Position numbers and translations under genes: made by a program. Under the pieces are notes generated by a model that searched no databases, was not told the origin of the DNA, and saw nothing but the letters and a program-made list of their open reading frames with translations. Positions 58,704-64,000 of a stretch of DNA of 64,000 nt are shown here, in pieces; position 1 is the stretch's first letter; each line of letters opens with the position of its first letter. This DNA comes from an uncultured Chloroflexia bacterium. GTDB taxonomy: Bacteria; Chloroflexota; Limnocylindria; QHBO01. The stretch is taken from NCBI GenBank assembly GCA_963825525.1, contig CAWGTN010000002.1, positions 1,216,001 through 1,280,000 on the forward strand, given 5' to 3'.

Positions 58704-60137
58704 ATGACCATCCAGGGCAGCCGCCCGGGGGATCAGCGCGTCCGCGTTCAGCGCACGCAGCCACAGGAATTCACCGTCCGCCCGCCGAAGCGGATCGGGA
58801 AGCCACCGTCGCCGGCCCCAACCCTGCTGTCCGTGTTCGCCGTGCTGATCGCCATCGGCACAGCGCTCCTCATGCTTCCGTTTGCCACGCAGTCCGGCGA
58901 TCCGACCCCGTTTGTCGATGCGTTGTTCACCGCCACGTCGGCAGCCTGTGTGACCGGACTCGTGGTCCTCGACACGGGCACGCACTGGAGCGCGTTCGGA
59001 CAGGTCGTGATCATGCTGCTCATCCAGGCAGGCGGATTCGGGATCATGGCCGGATCGACGCTGTTCCTGTCCATGGTCATCGGCCGCCGCACCACGTTGC
59101 GCAACAGGGTGATCGTCCAGGAGTCTCTCGGCGGCCTGCAGCTCGGCAATGTCACCTGGATCGTGAAGCGCATTGCGATCTTCACGCTGGTAGTCGAGGG
59201 CGTCGGGGCCGTGATCCTGGCGGCAAGCTTCTCGCTGGGCGGTGAAGCGGGCGGCGTGGGCAACCCGCTCGGCCTGTGGTGGGGGCTCTTCCACTCGATC
59301 TCAGCCTTCAACAACGCCGGGTTCGACCTGACCGGCGGCTTCCAGAGCCTGACGCCATTCCGCGACGACTGGCTGGTGCTCATGACCCATGGAGTTCTCC
59401 TCATCCTGGGCGGGTTGGGGTTCGCCATCGTCGGCGACGCAATCGGCAAGCGGCGCTGGGTCCGATTCGCGCTCGAGACGAAGGTCGTCCTCCTCACCAC
59501 GGCCGTGCTGCTGGTGGCCGGAGCCGTGCTCATCGCCGCCACCGAATGGTCGAATCCGGCAACCCTGGGCCAGCTGCCCGAAGAGCAGCGAGCGCTCAAC
59601 GCCCTGTTCGAATCAGCCACCCTGCGGACCGCCGGCTTCACGGCCCTCGACACCGGCGGGCTGCTCGACCAGACGCTGTTCGTGGTCATGGCGCTCATGT
59701 TCATCGGCGGCGCATCGGGCTCCACGGCCGGCGGCATCAAGGTCACCACGTTCTCGGTGCTCCTCATCGCGATCGTGTCGTCGGTCCGAGGTCAGCCATC
59801 GGCCATGGCGTTTGGACGTCGCATCCAGCACCAGGTCGTCTATCGGGCGCTCTCCGTCGTGCTGCTGGGCATCGGGCTCGTGTTCGTGGTCGCCTTTCTG
59901 CTGACGGTGATGAATCCGGCGCGATTCGTCGAGACGCTGTTCGAGGCGGTGTCCGCCGCCGGGACGGTCGGGGCATCGACCGGGATCACCACCGATCTCG
60001 ATGCTCCGTCGCGACTGTTGCTGGCGGTGACGATGTACGCCGGGCGCCTCGGACCGCTGACGTTGGTGCTGGCCCTTGCCGCTCGCGCACGGCCGGTCAC
60101 GTCCCGTCCGGCGGTCGAGTCGATTCGGATCGGCTAG
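58704..60137 (+). CDS. Trk/Ktr potassium uptake membrane subunit (KtrB/TrkH family)
   Basis: SAACVTGL, SAFNNAGF, RTAGF, GSTAGGIK, GTVG. Confidence 0.93.
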   Translation: MTIQGSRPGDQRVRVQRTQPQEFTVRPPKRIGKPPSPAPTLLSVFAVLIAIGTALLMLPFATQSGDPTPFVDALFTATSAACVTGLVVLDTGTHWSAFGQVVIMLLIQAGGFGIMAGSTLFLSMVIGRRTTLRNRVIVQESLGGLQLGNVTWIVKRIAIFTLVVEGVGAVILAASFSLGGEAGGVGNPLGLWWGLFHSISAFNNAGFDLTGGFQSLTPFRDDWLVLMTHGVLLILGGLGFAIVGDAIGKRRWVRFALETKVVLLTTAVLLVAGAVLIAATEWSNPATLGQLPEEQRALNALFESATLRTAGFTALDTGGLLDQTLFVVMALMFIGGASGSTAGGIKVTTFSVLLIAIVSSVRGQPSAMAFGRRIQHQVVYRALSVVLLGIGLVFVVAFLLTVMNPARFVETLFEAVSAAGTVGASTGITTDLDAPSRLLLAVTMYAGRLGPLTLVLALAARARPVTSRPAVESIRIG

Positions 60138-60166
60138 GCTTCGACGCTCAATGGATGGAGGTAGCG

Positions 60167-60817
60167 ATGGCGGGTGACCAGGTCGTCGTGATCGGGCTGG
60201 GCCGATTCGGCTCGGCGGTGGCTCGAGAGCTCGAGCGCCTCGGGCACCAGGTGCTTGCCATCGATCGGAGCGAGCAGCGCGTCAACGACGTCGCCCCGGA
60301 GGTGACCCACGCGCTCCAGTTGGACGCCGCCGACGAGGACGCGCTCCGCGGCGCAGGGGCGGGAGACTTCAACACCGCCATCGTGGCCATCAGCAGCGAC
60401 GCGGAGCCGTCGATCTTCGCGACCATGGTGCTCAAGCGTCTCGGCGTCCGGAACGTCATCGCCAAGGCGGGCAGCCGTCTGCACGGCGAGATCCTGGCGC
60501 GGGTCGGTGCCGATCGGGTGGTGTTTCCCGAGCTCGAGACCGGCCTCCGGCTGGCACATTCGTTCAACGTCCCAAACGTGATCGACTACCTCGACGTGGC
60601 TCCCAGCTTCGGCATCGAGAAGATTCGTCCGCCGAAATCGTTCATCGGAAAGTCGCTGGCCGAGCTGGATCTCAAGACGAAGATGGGGCTGACGCCGATC
60701 GCCCTGCGGCGCGGCAAGCAGGTCTTCGTCAACCCGGCGCGCGAGGAGCGAGTCGCCGAGGGTGACGAGCTCATCCTCATCGGCCGAGACGACAACCTGG
60801 AGCACCTGCGCGGCTAG
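60167..60817 (+). CDS. Trk/Ktr RCK regulatory subunit (KtrA/TrkA family)
   Basis: VIGLGRFG, GADRVVFPE, TrkA-C domain; GGAGG RBS. Confidence 0.93.
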   Translation: MAGDQVVVIGLGRFGSAVARELERLGHQVLAIDRSEQRVNDVAPEVTHALQLDAADEDALRGAGAGDFNTAIVAISSDAEPSIFATMVLKRLGVRNVIAKAGSRLHGEILARVGADRVVFPELETGLRLAHSFNVPNVIDYLDVAPSFGIEKIRPPKSFIGKSLAELDLKTKMGLTPIALRRGKQVFVNPAREERVAEGDELILIGRDDNLEHLRG

Positions 60818-61272
60818 TTGTCCGGCGACACTCCGTCACCCAGCGTGAACCGCCGGAGCTCGTCCTCGCACGCGTCGGCCAGGCGTCGCGCCTCGTTCAC
60901 CAGGAAGTTCGTCATCTTCGTCGAGTCCACCACGAGCAGGGTGTGACCCCGCTCGTTGCGATCCAGCACGATGCGGTCGTCGCCATGGAAGCTGATCGAC
61001 CAGTTCGCCTGGAGCTGGACCAGCTCGGCGATGACGACCTTCTCGCTGAAGTACCAGTCCAGGAACTCCGCATTCAGCGCGGTGGTCACGTCGCGCACCT
61101 GGAGCGTCTCGTTCCGTCGCAGCCGCGAGACGAAGTGGACGACGCGAAGGGCCGCGAACGGATCGCCGCTGCGCGCCAGCTGCGGCGGCGCGATGGTGGG
61201 GTCGGGCATGGCGTCCGGGGCATCACCCACCAGCGGCAACGCGGTGCTGCGCTCGGTCACGACGGCCGGCAT
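60814..61272 (-). CDS. Hypothetical protein
   Basis: Coding-like 152-aa ORF (DWYFSEKVV, LQANW); start uncertain. Confidence 0.65.
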   Translation of the reverse strand: MPAVVTERSTALPLVGDAPDAMPDPTIAPPQLARSGDPFAALRVVHFVSRLRRNETLQVRDVTTALNAEFLDWYFSEKVVIAELVQLQANWSISFHGDDRIVLDRNERGHTLLVVDSTKMTNFLVNEARRLADACEDELRRFTLGDGVSPDN

Positions 61273-61349
61273 GCTCGAGCCGGGTCCGGGGAGTGTGGAT
61301 GCGTGGCGGCAGACATGGGTGGCGAGTATCGCCGGTCCTCGAGGATCGA

Positions 61350-61685
61350 TCAACCGACGCGCAGTCCGTCCTCACAGCCCGGCTGCGGTTCGAGCAGATG
61401 GACCTCGCCCGACGCCCCCATGGCACCCAGCACCAGCACTTCGCTCGCGAACCCGGCGATGCGACGCACCGGGAAGTTGACGACGGCGACCACCTGGCGA
61501 CCCACGAGCTCATCCGGTTCGGGGTAGGTGACGGTCAGCTGTGCGGAGCTGTTCCGCTGGCCGATGTCAGGGCCGAAGTCGATCCGCAGCTGGTAGGAGG
61601 GCTTTCGGGCCTCGGGAAAGCGACGGGCTTCGAGGACGCGGCCGATCCGCATCTCAACGCGCTGGAAATCGTCGAACTCGATCAT
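61350..61685 (-). CDS. csaA: tRNA-binding protein / CsaA chaperone
   Basis: DFQRVEMRIG, ARKPSY, SSAQLT, VVNFP..IAGFASEVLVLG. Confidence 0.9.
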   Translation of the reverse strand: MIEFDDFQRVEMRIGRVLEARRFPEARKPSYQLRIDFGPDIGQRNSSAQLTVTYPEPDELVGRQVVAVVNFPVRRIAGFASEVLVLGAMGASGEVHLLEPQPGCEDGLRVG

Positions 61686-61716
61686 GGCCGACACGATAGG
61701 CGATTGGCGTGCGGGT

Positions 61717-61730
61717 AGGACTTTCGACCC
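61717..61730. promoter_or_regulatory. DosR-like box
   Basis: AGGACTTTCGACCC resembles GGGAC-N4-GTCCC. Confidence 0.4.
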
Positions 61731-61811
61731 GTTGGAGATGCCTGTGCGCCGGGCTACCGTCGATCCCGGCCACGCCCGTGCCCGCGGGGCCAATCCTCAT
61801 CAGGAGGCAAC

Positions 61812-62378
61812 GTGACATTCTGGAACTGGCGCCGCGGTCCCGCCGCGACTGCGACGCAGGGTAGCGCGGCGATCGCCGCGACGCCCGAGCTCGCGCCGAT
61901 CGAGCTCTACACCGCCGATTCGCGCATCGTGGCCTGGATTGCGCCGAACGGGCAGCGCGTGACCGATTTCCTCAGCGGTCGCGACGAGCTCCGCCTGTGG
62001 CGGCCAAGCCCGGGCGCCGGCGATGAGGCCCCCGAACAGATCGGTGCCGATGCCGACGGCGGGACCTGGGAGAGCCTCCCGACGGCACAGGTCATCCTGG
62101 CCATGCCACCGGAATGGCGCGCGAGCCGGCAGCTGCGTCTCCACCGCCGGCTGCGCCGCGCGGCGCTCTCCGCTGGCCCATTCAGCGTGACGGGCAACGT
62201 CCACCTTGCGCCGGGCGTCGAGGTCGGCCTGCATCTCCTTCGCAACCAATCCTTCCTGCCCCTGACGGATGCCTACATCCTTCACAGCGGCGATCAGCCG
62301 TTCGAGCACGTCGTCAGCGTGGTCATCGTCAACGCGGCGCACGTCTCCGAGATCGTCCCGCTCGTCACCCTGGCCTGA
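61812..62378 (+). CDS. Hypothetical protein (DUF6812-like)
   Basis: AGGAGG RBS then GTG; two related halves; TGNVHL, FLPLTDA. Confidence 0.65.
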   Translation: MTFWNWRRGPAATATQGSAAIAATPELAPIELYTADSRIVAWIAPNGQRVTDFLSGRDELRLWRPSPGAGDEAPEQIGADADGGTWESLPTAQVILAMPPEWRASRQLRLHRRLRRAALSAGPFSVTGNVHLAPGVEVGLHLLRNQSFLPLTDAYILHSGDQPFEHVVSVVIVNAAHVSEIVPLVTLA

Positions 62379-62440
62379 GCTGCAGCCGGACGCGGCCCCG
62401 AACTCCCGCGGTCGAGCATGACGGGCGATAATCGGCCGCG

Positions 62441-64000
62441 ATGTCCGTCCTGCGCAGCACCTGTGACCCCCGTTCGACCGAGGCACGTGCCAATGCCGAG
62501 GCAATGCGCGAGCTCGTTGCCGACCTCCGCGAGCGGACCCACGCACTGGCGGGGCGTGGCGCCGCCGGCGACGAGCGGTCGATCGCGCGCCACCGGGAGC
62601 GCGGCAAGCTGCCGGTGCGGGAGCGCATCGAGCGGCTGATCGACCCCGGCTCGGCATTCCTCGAGCTCTCCGCCCTGGCGGCCACCGGTCTGTATGACGG
62701 TGACGCTCCCGGTGCCGGCATCGTGACCGGGATCGGTCGCGTGGAAGGCGTCGAATGCGTGGTCGTGGCCAATGACGCGACGGTCAAGGGCGGGACCTAC
62801 TACCCGATGACCGTCAAGAAGCACCTCCGCGCGCAGGAAGTGGCCCTCGAGAACAGCCTGCCGTGCGTGTACCTGGTGGATTCAGGCGGCGCGTTCCTGC
62901 CCCTCCAGGACGAGGTGTTCCCCGACCGCGAGCATTTCGGCCGCATCTTCTACAACCAGGCGCAGCTGTCGGCGAGGGGGATCCCACAGGTCGCCCTGGT
63001 GATGGGGTCATGCACCGCGGGCGGAGCCTACGTGCCGGCGATGTCCGACGAGACGGTGATCGTGAAGGGCACCGGCACGATCTTCCTCGGGGGCCCGCCA
63101 CTCGTGCAGGCGGCAACCGGCGAGGAGGTCACCGCCGAGGACCTCGGCGGCGCGGATGTTCATACGCGACTGTCGGGGGTGGCCGACCACTACGCCCTCG
63201 ACGACGAGCACGCGCTGGCCATCGGCCGCCAGATCGTGCGCAACCTGGCTCGCCGGCGCCCCGAGGCGCCATGGGAGGTCAACGAGGCCATCTCACCGGC
63301 CGTCGCCGAGACGGAGCTGTACGGCGTCATCCCGGCCGACGCTCGACAGACGTACGACGTGCGCGAGGTGATCGCCCGCCTCGTCGACGGCTCGGACTTC
63401 CACGAGTTCAAGGCCCGCTACGGGGAGACGCTCGTCACCGGCTTCGCGCGCCTGCATGGGCTACCCGGTCGGGATCATCGCCAACAACGGGATCCTGTTC
63501 AGCGAGTCCGCGCTGAAGGGCGCTCACTTCGTGGAGCTCGCCAGCCAGCGCCGGATTCCCGCTCGTCTTCCTCCAGAACATCACGGGCTTCATGGTCGGG
63601 CGCGAGTACGAGGCCGGCGGCATCGCCCGCGATGGCGCGAAGCTCGTCACCGCGGTGGGCACGACGAACGTGCCGAAGTTCACGGTCATCATCGGCGGCT
63701 CGTTCGGGGCCGGAAACTACGGCATGGCCGGCCGCGCATATGGTCCCGCGCCAGCTGTGGATGTGGCCGAACGCGCGCATCAGCGTCATGGGCGGCCAGC
63801 AGGCGGCCCGCGTCCTGTCCACCGTCCGCGGCGGCTTCGAGACCGATGCGGACCGAGATGCCTTCGAGCGCCCCGATCCTCGACAAGTACGAACGCGAGG
63901 GTTCGCCCTACTACTCCACCGCGCGGCTCTGGGACGACGGCGTGATCGACCCCCTCGACACCCGCCGCGTGCTGGCGATGGGGATCAGCGCCGCCCTCAA
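62441..64000 (+). CDS. Acyl-CoA carboxylase carboxyltransferase subunit (methylcrotonyl-CoA carboxylase beta-like); about four +1 frameshifts; truncated by window
   Basis: [52 protein letters not shown]. Confidence 0.9.
   Translation, partial: MSVLRSTCDPRSTEARANAEAMRELVADLRERTHALAGRGAAGDERSIARHRERGKLPVRERIERLIDPGSAFLELSALAATGLYDGDAPGAGIVTGIGRVEGVECVVVANDATVKGGTYYPMTVKKHLRAQEVALENSLPCVYLVDSGGAFLPLQDEVFPDREHFGRIFYNQAQLSARGIPQVALVMGSCTAGGAYVPAMSDETVIVKGTGTIFLGGPPLVQAATGEEVTAEDLGGADVHTRLSGVADHYALDDEHALAIGRQIVRNLARRRPEAPWEVNEAISPAVAETELYGVIPADARQTYDVREVIARLVDGSDFHEFKARYGETLVTGFARLHGLPGRDHRQQRDPVQRVRAEGRSLRGARQPAPDSRSSSSRTSRASWSGASTRPAASPAMARSSSPRWARRTCRSSRSSSAARSGPETTAWPAAHMVPRQLWMWPNARISVMGGQQAARVLSTVRGGFETDADRDAFERPDPRQVRTRGFALLLHRAALGRRRDRPPRHPPRAGDGDQRRPQ

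Noticed and set aside
58635-58707. c-di-AMP (ydaO) riboswitch or leader peptide (VNGRPTVTR, 58678-58707) before the Ktr genes
   Set aside because: The intergenic region is too short and lacks the ydaO consensus; the 9-codon ORF after TAGAGT has no informative composition

Overview
High-GC bacterial chromosomal segment with no rRNA, tRNA, CRISPR or mobile element detected. Gene content (riboswitch-controlled NitT/TauT-type riboflavin transporter, xPDTA sorting signals, many leaderless-looking genes) suggests a monoderm, probably Chloroflexota (e.g. Limnocylindria); this taxonomy is inference. About 60 CDS, mostly metabolic: histidine catabolism (hutH, hutU, ftcD), tdh-kbl, argS, a LacI-controlled sugar ABC transporter, a DosR-like two-component system, pyrD, three aldehyde dehydrogenases, fumC, thyX, Ktr/Trk and a carboxyltransferase. 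About 11 single-base insertions break or distort genes and look like long-read errors. Highlights: (1) a cell-surface module at 17.9-26.1 kb: three modular proteins with conserved signal peptide, variable head, Ser/Pro/Glu stalk and (L/V/I)PDTA anchor (one with a duplicated pilin-like isopeptide domain), a GT-C glycosyltransferase, a BldN/RsbN-like ECF/anti-sigma pair, and a recurring 14-bp operator nGKAC-N4-GTACC; (2) an ArmA/Rmt-family 16S rRNA methyltransferase translationally coupled between rsmI and a divergent tgt; (3) an atypical FMN riboswitch; (4) two candidate C-rich small RNAs; (5) overlapping DnaA and NrdR boxes at thyX.
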